A DNA stretch of 64,000 nt, taken from positions 124,001 to 188,000 of the IMG/VR virus record IMGVR_UViG_3300032236_001850, one strand, 5' to 3'. This document shows positions 38,217 to 47,156 of the stretch, in pieces. The notes under the pieces are model-generated. The model saw nothing but the letters and a program-made list of their open reading frames with translations. It was not told the DNA's origin and searched no databases. The translations under genes and the position numbers were made by a program. Within the stretch, counting starts at the first letter, position 1. Each line of letters begins with the position of its first letter.

Positions 38217-38561
38217 ATGGATAAAACAACTACAGAAAATATTCTAATAGACTATATCAGCCATGATGTATTCAAAAAAAATATGAGACTGGATCACAGT
38301 TCGGGTATAGCCACAACCGTGGAATATATGATTTTAGATATCAGAAACATCCATTGTCATATAGAGGAAATAAAGATAGGTAAATCAAATTTACCAACAT
38401 TGGATAACCGATTTTTTGCTTACATAAAAATTAGAGGTGTGGAAAAAGCTATAATGTCACACTTTTATCCAATGTTCAATGTTTCTAATTTTGTAGCTGA
38501 ACATATAGGCAGGAACTTAATTTGGGTTGATATATACACTACAAATAAACAAATCAAATGA
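38217..38561 (+). CDS. Hypothetical protein
   Basis: 114 aa; LIWVDI near C-terminus. Confidence 0.75.
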   Translation: MDKTTTENILIDYISHDVFKKNMRLDHSSGIATTVEYMILDIRNIHCHIEEIKIGKSNLPTLDNRFFAYIKIRGVEKAIMSHFYPMFNVSNFVAEHIGRNLIWVDIYTTNKQIK

Positions 38562-38878
38562 ACATAATCAAAACCTTCGAAAGCTTCCATGCATTCGATA
38601 TGAACAACGAAAAGCTAGGGGTGGAAGGTCTAAGCAAATTCATAGGTAAACCACTTCTTGGTGGATATATCACAAACCCATTTGTTAATAATGCAGCTTC
38701 AGTTGGAGTGATGATTAGCGACACTCCAGACTCAGAACCAAATGATACGGATAACAAAATTCTATTTTGGATTAACGATTACTTTTGGCAATTGGATGGT
38801 CTTAGAGATAAGAAAACACCAAAGGATGAACAACTTCTTTCAGAGATGGCCAAAGTAATAGATGCAAGTGTACAGTAA
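38558..38878 (+). CDS. Hypothetical protein with CTS-like leader
   Basis: MNIIKTFESF; GATATATA at 38529. Confidence 0.8.
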   Translation: MNIIKTFESFHAFDMNNEKLGVEGLSKFIGKPLLGGYITNPFVNNAASVGVMISDTPDSEPNDTDNKILFWINDYFWQLDGLRDKKTPKDEQLLSEMAKVIDASVQ

Positions 38879-39009
38879 TGTGGTTATTAGATTTAATATT
38901 TGGCAGAAGAATAGATCCTAAGGCTGAGGTCGAAAAGGAACTAACATCAAAATACGGAAAGGATTGGCACAGATACGACGGAATCATTCACTGGGTCAGA
39001 CTAAGATGA
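38878..39009 (+). CDS. 43-aa peptide ending IHWVRLR (not in ORF track)
   Basis: TAATG coupling; carries the C-terminal tag. Confidence 0.65.
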   Translation: MWLLDLIFGRRIDPKAEVEKELTSKYGKDWHRYDGIIHWVRLR

Positions 39010-39026
39010 GCCAAGATATATAGTTT

Positions 39027-39512
39027 ATGAAACACATACTCTCCATAGACGAGGCATATAGACACGTACCAAAACAGATAACAAAATTTTATTTTACTTT
39101 CGAAAGTACAAATCCAATAAACAGAAGGGACGCAAGCTCCAATGTTCCTTTGTATGGTTCCACACTTATAGGTGATGCCTTATCACTATACAAGGAAGAA
39201 AAAGATCAATCAGAACAGCCAGAAAATGTACGTTTTTACGAGGGTATTTGTAAGCTTTCCATAGCTTATATGAAAGACCTAGAAGAACTAGCAAATCAGA
39301 GATCAGTCAGCATACAATCAATATTAGATGCATTGGAACAAAATCCACCAGTTAGAGAGTTGCATAATATTCTAAGGGATAACACAGAATGGGATTTTTA
39401 CTATATGTACGATGCTATTTCATTTCAGGATGAGGAAGAAAGGGAGAGATTAGTAGTTATCAGACCTTATCTCGATATACTCACTGAACTTAATCCAAAT
39501 AAACTAAGATAA
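39027..39512 (+). CDS. Hypothetical protein with CTS-like leader
   Basis: MKHILSIDEA; GATATATA 4 nt upstream. Confidence 0.8.
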   Translation: MKHILSIDEAYRHVPKQITKFYFTFESTNPINRRDASSNVPLYGSTLIGDALSLYKEEKDQSEQPENVRFYEGICKLSIAYMKDLEELANQRSVSIQSILDALEQNPPVRELHNILRDNTEWDFYYMYDAISFQDEEERERLVVIRPYLDILTELNPNKLR

Positions 39513-39516
39513 AGAA

Positions 39517-39885
39517 ATGATTAAGAAATACGACGATTTTATTAATGAATCAATAGGTTCCACATTCACACCTGAACAGCAGGAAATCATAAAAAATTTT
39601 GCTAAGGATCTGGAAAAGGTTTCATTGTATAAAATAAGTACAGAAACAGATAGTTCAAAATTTGAAATAAAGATGAATAAGTATTCTAATTTGTATGAAT
39701 ATGTCTATTCATGCTACATCAGCAATCGTATTTTATATCTAAGAAATTATAAAAGAAGAACATCGGGTTCATTAAGAGGTGTTATCTCTAATTTTCATGA
39801 GGAGTCACCAGAATCTCTAGAGGATGCATTGGGTATTATTGCAAAGAATACAGTTAAACAATACGAATTTAAAAGAATAAAATAA
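39517..39885 (+). CDS. Hypothetical protein, CTS-like leader plus FKRIK tail
   Basis: MIKKYDDFINES...YEFKRIK. Confidence 0.8.
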   Translation: MIKKYDDFINESIGSTFTPEQQEIIKNFAKDLEKVSLYKISTETDSSKFEIKMNKYSNLYEYVYSCYISNRILYLRNYKRRTSGSLRGVISNFHEESPESLEDALGIIAKNTVKQYEFKRIK

Positions 39886-39892
39886 TAGAATC

Positions 39893-40039
39893 TTATTTTT
39901 TCTTTCTTTTTTTCTTACGTTTAATTCTAACACAATTAGGAACTATCCTACCATCCAGTTCTTTAGTGCCTATCTGCTTAAATCCTACCCAGCATGGATC
40001 ATTCTTTTCGGCTAAAAATTCATCAAATTTTAGTATCAT
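39893..40039 (-). CDS. 48-aa CTS-leader peptide with CW...NCV motif and basic tail (not in ORF track)
   Basis: MILKFDEFLAEKNDPCWVGFKQIGTKELDGRIVPNCVRIKRKKKRKKK; TAATG coupling to 40039..40620. Confidence 0.8.
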   Translation of the reverse strand: MILKFDEFLAEKNDPCWVGFKQIGTKELDGRIVPNCVRIKRKKKRKKK

Positions 40040-40620
40040 TAGTCTTCTATTTTTTTAAATTCTCTAATCGAATTTTCATCAAAAATTGCAACATTCTTGC
40101 TTCCTCTTTCAACCAAACAGAATCCATCATAGCCCGATTTTTTAATTGCTTCTAATATAGGAGCACATTCTATGATTCTCCATGCTCCGTGTTTGATTCT
40201 CCAAAGGTAGTGATAAACACTATCACCTGGGTCATCAACATCAAATTCTCTGTCAGTGTCGTAATCATATCCCTTCATACCAGAAGCACTAACAGGTTTA
40301 AATTTGGTACCGTTAGTTTCATCCTCATATCCGCTAACAATCATCTTCTCTATCACACCCTTCAGGTCAAGCTTCTTGGCAATCTTAGGGTCCATAGGGT
40401 CACAAAGGTTAACTCCAGGTTTTAGCCACACTTCCCAAACTGCTCCATCCGGAAATTTTGATCTCTCATCAGCACCAGAAAAATCCTTAGCAAATGCAAG
40501 ATTACTAGTCAGAAATATACAACCACCAAATCTTTTCATTTTAGGTGGGAAATCTCCTTTTCTATTTCCGTGGTACAATCTCTCACCAACGAAAGATTCA
40601 AATAAAGCTATGTGTCTCAT
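40039..40620 (-). CDS. ADP-ribosyltransferase-fold protein with CTS-like leader
   Basis: RLYHG, IFLTSNLAFAKDF, GYDGF...VAIFDENSI. Confidence 0.7.
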   Translation of the reverse strand: MRHIALFESFVGERLYHGNRKGDFPPKMKRFGGCIFLTSNLAFAKDFSGADERSKFPDGAVWEVWLKPGVNLCDPMDPKIAKKLDLKGVIEKMIVSGYEDETNGTKFKPVSASGMKGYDYDTDREFDVDDPGDSVYHYLWRIKHGAWRIIECAPILEAIKKSGYDGFCLVERGSKNVAIFDENSIREFKKIED

Positions 40621-40635
40621 TAATGTATGTTAAGA

Positions 40636-41208
40636 TTAGTATCTATCATCATCATATTTTTCCTCAATCATGAAATCAAAAATATCTTCGTATCCTGAGG
40701 TGTAATCAAGTTTTTTGGCTATATCCTTAATCTCACTATCAGTTTTTCGGTGATTATCGAAAGCTTCAGCAAATTCTTCATTAAATTCTAATTTTGGCTT
40801 CCAATCCATTTTTCTTGCTAAATTGATTGCCTCTATCTCTTTTTGATTAACCGGAGGTGCATCAAAAATTCCAACCTCAACATCCACCGTATCTCTATCG
40901 TAAAGGTACCATCCACACGAATCCAGCCAATCATGTAGTAATTCTTCAAGTTTTTCAGATGTTGCATTTTCTGGAACCTGAAAGTTCCATGGTTCTAAAG
41001 GATTTTCGTCATCAACACCAATCCAATTCGAAAGAACAACAAGAAGCTCGTTGAAATCCTTTTGTAGATTCATACCCTTAGAAACCCCAATTGTTGTAGT
41101 TTCTTCCTCCTCCGGACAATAAAAAAATATTTTTGCCACTATAATTTTACCTCCACCTGAACCCGAGGATTCAGATTCGAATAGTTCATATTTTCTAATG
41201 TGTTTCAT
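40636..41208 (-). CDS. Acidic hypothetical protein with CTS-like leader
   Basis: MKHIRKYELFES; GATATATA at 41226 (minus). Confidence 0.82.
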   Translation of the reverse strand: MKHIRKYELFESESSGSGGGKIIVAKIFFYCPEEEETTTIGVSKGMNLQKDFNELLVVLSNWIGVDDENPLEPWNFQVPENATSEKLEELLHDWLDSCGWYLYDRDTVDVEVGIFDAPPVNQKEIEAINLARKMDWKPKLEFNEEFAEAFDNHRKTDSEIKDIAKKLDYTSGYEDIFDFMIEEKYDDDRY

Positions 41209-41300
41209 CGATTAACTTTTTTGTATATATATCGGTTAAACAAATCCTCATTTTTATTTTTTTATTTGGAAAGGATTTCTTATATTTGCATATCAAATCA

Positions 41301-41516
41301 ATGGAAATGGACAGATACCCAAAGGACGAGCAACTAACAGGAATTTACGTTAAGAGATGTAAGTGTGGTGCCAGACCTTATATGGACAGAGTTATGTCAG
41401 GTGGCACACCCAAGTGGATCAAGTGCGACAACTGTGGGAGAACTGGTGAGAGTGATCGAGATAAGCAGACAGCAATAGATAATTGGAATCAAAATAAAAT
41501 AGTTTACGAATCATGA
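41301..41516 (+). CDS. Lar-like (restriction alleviation) zinc-ribbon protein
   Basis: KRCKCG...IKCDNCG...AIDNWN pattern. Confidence 0.6.
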   Translation: MEMDRYPKDEQLTGIYVKRCKCGARPYMDRVMSGGTPKWIKCDNCGRTGESDRDKQTAIDNWNQNKIVYES

Positions 41517-41749
41517 GCGACACTAAAACAAAATCGGAACAAATAGTAGAAATAGAGGAAAGAATTAAGCACTTATTTGCAGAAAGTTCATTAACTAAGG
41601 AACAGTTAAAGACGTCCAATTCCCTGATAGAGGAATGGAAAGTATTAACAGGATGGAAAACTGATGAGACGCCATTCCTGAAAGGATCTCACGACCGGAT
41701 TCTTGATGACAAGCCTGTGTGGTACTATAAATTAAGTCAAAAATACTAA
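41513..41749 (+). CDS. Hypothetical protein
   Basis: ATGA coupling. Confidence 0.75.
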   Translation: MSDTKTKSEQIVEIEERIKHLFAESSLTKEQLKTSNSLIEEWKVLTGWKTDETPFLKGSHDRILDDKPVWYYKLSQKY

Positions 41750-41774
41750 GATGATAAATTTAAAATAAACCACG

Positions 41775-42125
41775 ATGAAAACAATTAAATTTACATTTAT
41801 TCTTTTAATAACAGCATTTGTTGCAGTATCTTGTGAGAAGCAAAGCAAACCAGTGCAGGAAATATTAAAAACTGACGATCGTAGCGATCTCATTGTTTAT
41901 GGAGATTATGATGACTACGGAGTACATCATGACGACGGTACTGCATTCTATATGCTAAGAACGTGTTATAGAGATTGCAGAATCACTGACTGTGGCACAT
42001 CAGAGTATATTGATAAACTAATCAAGCAAAGAAGAAATGATGTGGTTGCTCTCCAAAAAGAGTATGACTCGCTGGTTCATAAAACTGAAACAGATTACGA
42101 TAAACTAAAAGAAAAAACCGAATAA
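41775..42125 (+). CDS. Lipoprotein
   Basis: Lipobox AVS-C. Confidence 0.82.
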   Translation: MKTIKFTFILLITAFVAVSCEKQSKPVQEILKTDDRSDLIVYGDYDDYGVHHDDGTAFYMLRTCYRDCRITDCGTSEYIDKLIKQRRNDVVALQKEYDSLVHKTETDYDKLKEKTE

Positions 42126-42134
42126 AAATATAAT

Positions 42135-42224
42135 ATGGGATATTATCACGCTTTTATGATGCTCTGCGCATTTGTTATCATCATAATACTAGGTGGAATC
42201 TACGAGAACACAAAAAGAAAGTAA
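42135..42224 (+). CDS. 29-aa TM peptide (not in ORF track)
   Basis: MGYYHAFMMLCAFVIIIILGGIYENTKRK; TAATG coupling. Confidence 0.5.
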   Translation: MGYYHAFMMLCAFVIIIILGGIYENTKRK

Positions 42225-42298
42225 TGAAACAACGGATCATCACCTGGATATTAACACGAACCACGTGTATCTGGCTTAGATGGATAAAAAGAAAATAG
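42224..42298 (+). CDS. 24-aa peptide ending RWIKRK (not in ORF track)
   Basis: MKQRIITWILTRTTCIWLRWIKRK. Confidence 0.45.
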   Translation: MKQRIITWILTRTTCIWLRWIKRK

Positions 42299-42299
42299 C

Positions 42300-42494
42300 A
42301 TGGCAACAACCTGGAAATCAGAAAAACAGTCACTGGCAGAGTTAAATGACAAGGTGAAAGAACAAGCTAAGCTAATCAAAACCCTTAAGAGCGAGGAGGA
42401 GATTAGAAAGATGTTCGATAGGTATAATGAGTTCATAGCACACCACGACATCGAGGAGTGGCAACCGTGGATAGACAAACAATTTAAAAAATAA
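42300..42494 (+). CDS. Hypothetical protein
   Basis: 64 aa. Confidence 0.75.
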   Translation: MATTWKSEKQSLAELNDKVKEQAKLIKTLKSEEEIRKMFDRYNEFIAHHDIEEWQPWIDKQFKK

Positions 42495-42499
42495 AAATC

Positions 42500-42832
42500 A
42501 TGTCAGTAAGAGTAGAACAGTATTTAATTTATGGCTATAAGTTCGGGGAAGAATTTACAGAGGAGTATTGGGAAAAGGATTTTAGAGATGATATGGAATG
42601 GGATAAGAGAAAACCTAAGGACCAACCATTCTTTATCACTGATGGAATGAGCGGAGATTACACGTTCTTTGGTTTGATCTGTCAACTATCAAATGGCTGG
42701 GACGAAGATTACGATGCAAAGGAAATCGATTTCCCGTACAACAAAGGGATTATTATTGAAAAATTCTCGGAGTTATATCCAGATATGGAAATTCCAGGAA
42801 TTAAATTATATTATTTACCACACTATGTTTAA
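42500..42832 (+). CDS. Hypothetical protein
   Basis: 110 aa; DGMSGDYTFFG. Confidence 0.8.
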   Translation: MSVRVEQYLIYGYKFGEEFTEEYWEKDFRDDMEWDKRKPKDQPFFITDGMSGDYTFFGLICQLSNGWDEDYDAKEIDFPYNKGIIIEKFSELYPDMEIPGIKLYYLPHYV

Positions 42833-42843
42833 AAGATAAACAA

Positions 42844-43134
42844 ATGAAAAAGATAATCTTATTCTTAGCAATCATCACCCTAGTATCATGCGATGATGGT
42901 ACAAAACCAAAATTTATAGGTCAGGACATCATAGACGGTAAGGTTTCTGCAATAAAACCAGGAACAGCGGGAGGATATGGACATCCAGCGGATCTTCCAG
43001 TCATCTGGGTACAGACACCCACTGAAACAAGAAAGGTTGAAATTCCATTTGAGTATGAAGGAAAATGGAAAGTTGGCGATACCTGTTTACTAATCATAGA
43101 GAGATACGTGGAACCAACAGAGACAACCAAATAA
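42844..43134 (+). CDS. Lipoprotein
   Basis: Lipobox LVS-C. Confidence 0.82.
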   Translation: MKKIILFLAIITLVSCDDGTKPKFIGQDIIDGKVSAIKPGTAGGYGHPADLPVIWVQTPTETRKVEIPFEYEGKWKVGDTCLLIIERYVEPTETTK

Positions 43135-43586
43135 TGAACAAAGTATTCCAGCGTAACGTGAACAAAGGGAATGGTGATTGCGTCAGAGCTGCACTGTCAA
43201 CTCTATTTGGTATTCAGTACGAGGATTGTGAACCGCTTGCTCCGGATGAACACCAAGCATACAACATGCTGCTCTTCTATAGAAAAATGGGATACGATGA
43301 ATTCTCATTCTATAGAACCAATATACAGTCAGAAGAGAGAGGATTTCCATCACTTGCAGAGGTATTGGAATTCGACGGAGGAATCAATGGGCTCTTCTAT
43401 GCATCGGTTAAGTCTAGAACATTCGACGATGGTACTCATGCAGTTCTTATAGACAAGAGCGGAACTGTTGTACATGATCCGAATCCAAACCAAAAATGTT
43501 TGGGTCTAGGTATAGAAGAGGTCATAGATGTCGTGGTGACGGGGAATTGGCACATTTCAACGGAAGGTAAACTAATAAGAGAATAA
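43134..43586 (+). CDS. Papain-fold (C39-like) peptidase candidate
   Basis: GDCVRA (Cys), THAV (His), VHDP (Asp); TAATG start 43134. Confidence 0.6.
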   Translation: MNKVFQRNVNKGNGDCVRAALSTLFGIQYEDCEPLAPDEHQAYNMLLFYRKMGYDEFSFYRTNIQSEERGFPSLAEVLEFDGGINGLFYASVKSRTFDDGTHAVLIDKSGTVVHDPNPNQKCLGLGIEEVIDVVVTGNWHISTEGKLIRE

Positions 43587-43587
43587 A

Positions 43588-43803
43588 ATGAAAGTAAAAA
43601 TAGAATACATGCTCATCACTGATCTACTAGGAGATAGACCCAACGGTAGATGTCCAGAGATCTTCAAGAGCGTAGAGGAGGCAACCCAGCATTGGAGAAT
43701 CCATTATCAAAATAGAAGCAAGGGTGATGGTTACGATGAGTACTGGAGAAAAACCCCTCTAAGAATACAGCAGATCATCACAACCAATCTTTGGGAAATT
43801 TAA
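43588..43803 (+). CDS. Hypothetical protein
   Basis: 71 aa. Confidence 0.75.
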   Translation: MKVKIEYMLITDLLGDRPNGRCPEIFKSVEEATQHWRIHYQNRSKGDGYDEYWRKTPLRIQQIITTNLWEI

Positions 43804-43815
43804 AACACAAACGCC

Positions 43816-44016
43816 ATGCCTGAACAATTTAAAGACTACATCAAAGGGAAATACCCAAACCTTGACACAGATAGAATCCTGTCTCTGATAGATCAGAACG
43901 TCAAACAGATACAACCAAATCTAAACAATCCAACCAGAGGATGTGTGGTGCCAATCGGCTGTGATCTGAACAAGAACCTCATCATTAAAATCATTTCAGA
44001 GTATCTAAATCCATAA
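43816..44016 (+). CDS. Hypothetical protein
   Basis: 66 aa. Confidence 0.7.
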   Translation: MPEQFKDYIKGKYPNLDTDRILSLIDQNVKQIQPNLNNPTRGCVVPIGCDLNKNLIIKIISEYLNP

Positions 44017-44018
44017 AC

Positions 44019-44225
44019 ATGAGACTAGTTAAGTGGAAGACGTTGATCCAGAATCAGCATGCCTTCGAATACGACGAATTCACTATGAAGGGCACAGTCA
44101 TGATAGAGGATGACTCGCTGTCAGACGAAGGGATCAGTAAGAGGATAGAGGAGAGGCTGCTCACTCAAGAACAGAGAGACAACAGGGTTTCAAAAATCTC
44201 CATCACCCACATTCCCATCATCTAA
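44019..44225 (+). CDS. Hypothetical protein
   Basis: 68 aa. Confidence 0.7.
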   Translation: MRLVKWKTLIQNQHAFEYDEFTMKGTVMIEDDSLSDEGISKRIEERLLTQEQRDNRVSKISITHIPII

Positions 44226-44268
44226 GAACCCGATTTTGCTAAGATATATAGAGAAAATAAGCAACAAA

Positions 44269-44568
44269 ATGGAAAATATTAAACCTTACGAGTCATTCAA
44301 TTTGGAACCAGAAGAAGTAAACGAAAACTTCTGGACTAAAATGTTTGGCAGACCCACAGTCGATGATGCTGCACATGACTCACTAAGAGGAAAAGGCTTC
44401 AGTCACAGAGGCAAGGACAGCGAGAGATCGGAAGACAACTACATCATGTTTGATGGTAACAAATTCTATCCAGATCAGATTGAGTATGATGATTATCATT
44501 CAACCAAGGAACTTCCAAGAGTAGAGAATGGCAAACTCATCATAGCCAACCCAGCCTGGAGTATGTAA
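44269..44568 (+). CDS. Hypothetical protein with CTS-like leader
   Basis: MENIKPYESFNLE; GATATATA at 44243. Confidence 0.8.
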   Translation: MENIKPYESFNLEPEEVNENFWTKMFGRPTVDDAAHDSLRGKGFSHRGKDSERSEDNYIMFDGNKFYPDQIEYDDYHSTKELPRVENGKLIIANPAWSM

Positions 44569-44581
44569 TCATATCACACAT

Positions 44582-44610
44582 AAAAAATCCACCTTCACGG
44601 TGGATTTTTT
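44582..44610. terminator. Bidirectional intrinsic terminator
   Basis: AAAAATCCACC-ttcac-GGTGGATTTTT. Confidence 0.88.
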
Positions 44611-44677
44611 ATGACATTATCTCTAGGAACTCGGCCAATCCGAGCATATTACTAGGTGATATACGGATGGATTAAAA

Positions 44678-46609
44678 TTAGATAAATCCTCTTTTTAATA
44701 ATTTACCAATCTTTCCGGCGTCCGTTATTCCAGTTCTTTTTATAACACCAGCTTTTACATCAGGATGCGAGTCTAGCATATAAATATCCAATGGCATCTT
44801 TTTAAAATAATCATCCAAAGCAGAGTCACCTATAATCGAATCAAGAAGCGTAAATGTTTCCGGATGTTCCTTAAAAAACTCTATAAATCTACCCACATCC
44901 CATCGACCCTCATTCTGCATAATATATTTTTTACCATTTATATCAAATGAAAAATACTCACCAATCTCATCAGGTAACCCCTTAAGTGATTTCAAATTGT
45001 TACCTGTACAAATAAAATATCCTCCGACCTCCCCCGGTGCTCCTTCTAAGGATTCAAGATTGTTATCATAACATTGGAAGCTTCTACCAACGATTTCAGG
45101 TGCTCCCTCCAGAGTCTTTAATTTGTTTTTTGCACACACAAATGAATTCTGGATTTCCCTAGGTGCTCCCTTCAATGACACAAGTTTGTTATCATTACAA
45201 AAGAAGCCAAAGGAAAATTGAGGTGCTCCCTCCAATGAGGTTAACTCGTTACTGGTACAACTGTATTCACCCTCAACTATCTCCGGACCTCCTTTTAATG
45301 ACTTCAGCTTGTTTTCTTGACACTCAAACCTACCGGCCACCGTTCTAGGTCCTCCCTCCAGTGATTCTAGTTTATTCTTATTGCAAGTGAAATTACCATT
45401 AACAATTTGAGGTGCACCTTCAAGGGTTTTCAAATTGTTGTCTGAACAATCGAAACCATCCACCGTTTGTGGTGAACCTATTAACGATTCTAGATTACTA
45501 TTATTACAAGCTAAACTTTTCACTTTCTCTGGTGCTCCCATCAGGTTTTTTAAATTGTTGTATGAACAATTGAAACCACCATCCACCGTTTGTGGTGCTC
45601 CTTTTAGTGATGTTATATTATTTCTAGAACAGTTGAAATCTCCAGTAACGTGACCAAATTCAATGCCTTGGAAATTTCTTATTCCCCAGTCATTACATCT
45701 AAAAGTTCCTTTTATGTCCACAAGTCCAGTCTCCTCATTTATTTTCCATTCCCCACTAGTGCACTCGTTCAACCATTTAACTTTATTCGATTCCCTTCCA
45801 GTTCCACTAAGATCTTTAATTCCGGTTCTTTTTAGCACACCACTCTTTAAATCGGGAAGGTCGTCTAGTAGATATAAGTCCTCAGGATTCTCAGTGAAAT
45901 GATTGTCAAGTATATTCTCAATTTTTTTACCGTTTACTATTCCAAGATCGGAAAGACATGTCATCACATCCATATCATCTAATTTAATAGCGATACGAAC
46001 AAGGTCAGCAGCAAGATCAGATTTTATCTTAGAATTAAGAACAACCCCAGCTTTAATACCAGGAATTGACAGCAGAAATTCAAGTTGTTTGAATTGTCTA
46101 TAAATTTTGTAAATACCAGAATTTCCAGTAGGAAATCCTCTACTGTCACTGTTTGATGATGTTCTTAATTCTTCCTTAGATAGCTTATCTAGGATTCTTT
46201 TGATCGAAAGATTTAGTCCATAGAATTGTCCATTAAAAACAGCTTCCTTCAATGTAGAATATGAGATCTTTGAAACATATGTCATTTGTGCAATACTATA
46301 CAATATCAACTTTGTCATTGCATCGTTCATCTCCTCTTGTGTGGAGAAAGGCATATCTTTCTCAATTGTAAAACTTCCATAAATCAGGTTGACCTTTCCA
46401 TCACCGGAAGGCTTTAATGAACATGAGTAGGAGGTTCCAAAATTATATTCTCTCACCCCCAGGGAACTACTCTTGGCACCATCTCCCAAAAATTTCCTAG
46501 CCTTCTTATAAATAGGAAGTTTACTCAATGTTTCAAAAGACGGAAACTCCTCCTTGTCCTTTTTGGTTGCGCCTTCAAACAACTCATTAAATGTTTTTAT
46601 TCTTCTCAT
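44678..46609 (-). CDS. Chimeric LRR protein: CTS leader, domain, TGIKD module, 22-aa LRRs, second TGIKD module
   Basis: About 11 repeats of CxxNxLxSLxGAPxxVxGxF; module at ILDNHF...RTGIKD and at the C-terminus. Confidence 0.88.
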   Translation of the reverse strand: MRRIKTFNELFEGATKKDKEEFPSFETLSKLPIYKKARKFLGDGAKSSSLGVREYNFGTSYSCSLKPSGDGKVNLIYGSFTIEKDMPFSTQEEMNDAMTKLILYSIAQMTYVSKISYSTLKEAVFNGQFYGLNLSIKRILDKLSKEELRTSSNSDSRGFPTGNSGIYKIYRQFKQLEFLLSIPGIKAGVVLNSKIKSDLAADLVRIAIKLDDMDVMTCLSDLGIVNGKKIENILDNHFTENPEDLYLLDDLPDLKSGVLKRTGIKDLSGTGRESNKVKWLNECTSGEWKINEETGLVDIKGTFRCNDWGIRNFQGIEFGHVTGDFNCSRNNITSLKGAPQTVDGGFNCSYNNLKNLMGAPEKVKSLACNNSNLESLIGSPQTVDGFDCSDNNLKTLEGAPQIVNGNFTCNKNKLESLEGGPRTVAGRFECQENKLKSLKGGPEIVEGEYSCTSNELTSLEGAPQFSFGFFCNDNKLVSLKGAPREIQNSFVCAKNKLKTLEGAPEIVGRSFQCYDNNLESLEGAPGEVGGYFICTGNNLKSLKGLPDEIGEYFSFDINGKKYIMQNEGRWDVGRFIEFFKEHPETFTLLDSIIGDSALDDYFKKMPLDIYMLDSHPDVKAGVIKRTGITDAGKIGKLLKRGFI

Positions 46610-46744
46610 CCGTTATATATCCAAATTAAATGAAACTACATATACCCATGTGGCAATCACAGACTGAAATACATAGATAAAATAGAATCAAAAGAACCTC
46701 ATTCGAAGTGAACCTGTCTAAAATCCGATACCGATATATACAAA

Positions 46745-47152
46745 ATGAAACACATCAACACATTCTACCAACACATTAACGAATCAAAATCTCAAATAGC
46801 GGAAGCCATAGAGGTTAACGCAGATGAATTTGAATCAGCCGGTTCAAAAGAAGGAAATTTCATGGTTAATTTTCCAAAGGAAGATGTTGAAATTTTGAAG
46901 GATTTGAGTGAATTGATTGGATTTGAATGCGTTTCACAAGTTGGCATATTTCTAATGGTTACTAGAGATCCAAGCACTAGAGAAAAACCATTGGCATATT
47001 TTTCTAAAACCGCTAAATTATACAGAATGGAAATATACCCGAAGGAGCTTACCTGAGATAAATTATACTACTTGGGTGATTCACCAGAATCATTGATGGC
47101 TGTTTTCCTCAGCTATGTTGGATGGAGACCAGAGTGGATTAAAATAAGATAA
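46745..47152 (+). pseudogene. CTS-leader/WIKIR gene interrupted by in-frame TGA (47054-47056)
   Basis: Frame continues after TGA as DKLYYLGDSPESL...PEWIKIR-TAA. Confidence 0.75.
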
Positions 47153-47156
47153 TCAA

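Noticed and set aside
47054-47100. Selenocysteine insertion at the in-frame TGA
   Set aside because: Paralogs have no Cys at this position, and the only hairpin (tgattc-acca-gaatca) is weak and too far away for a bacterial SECIS
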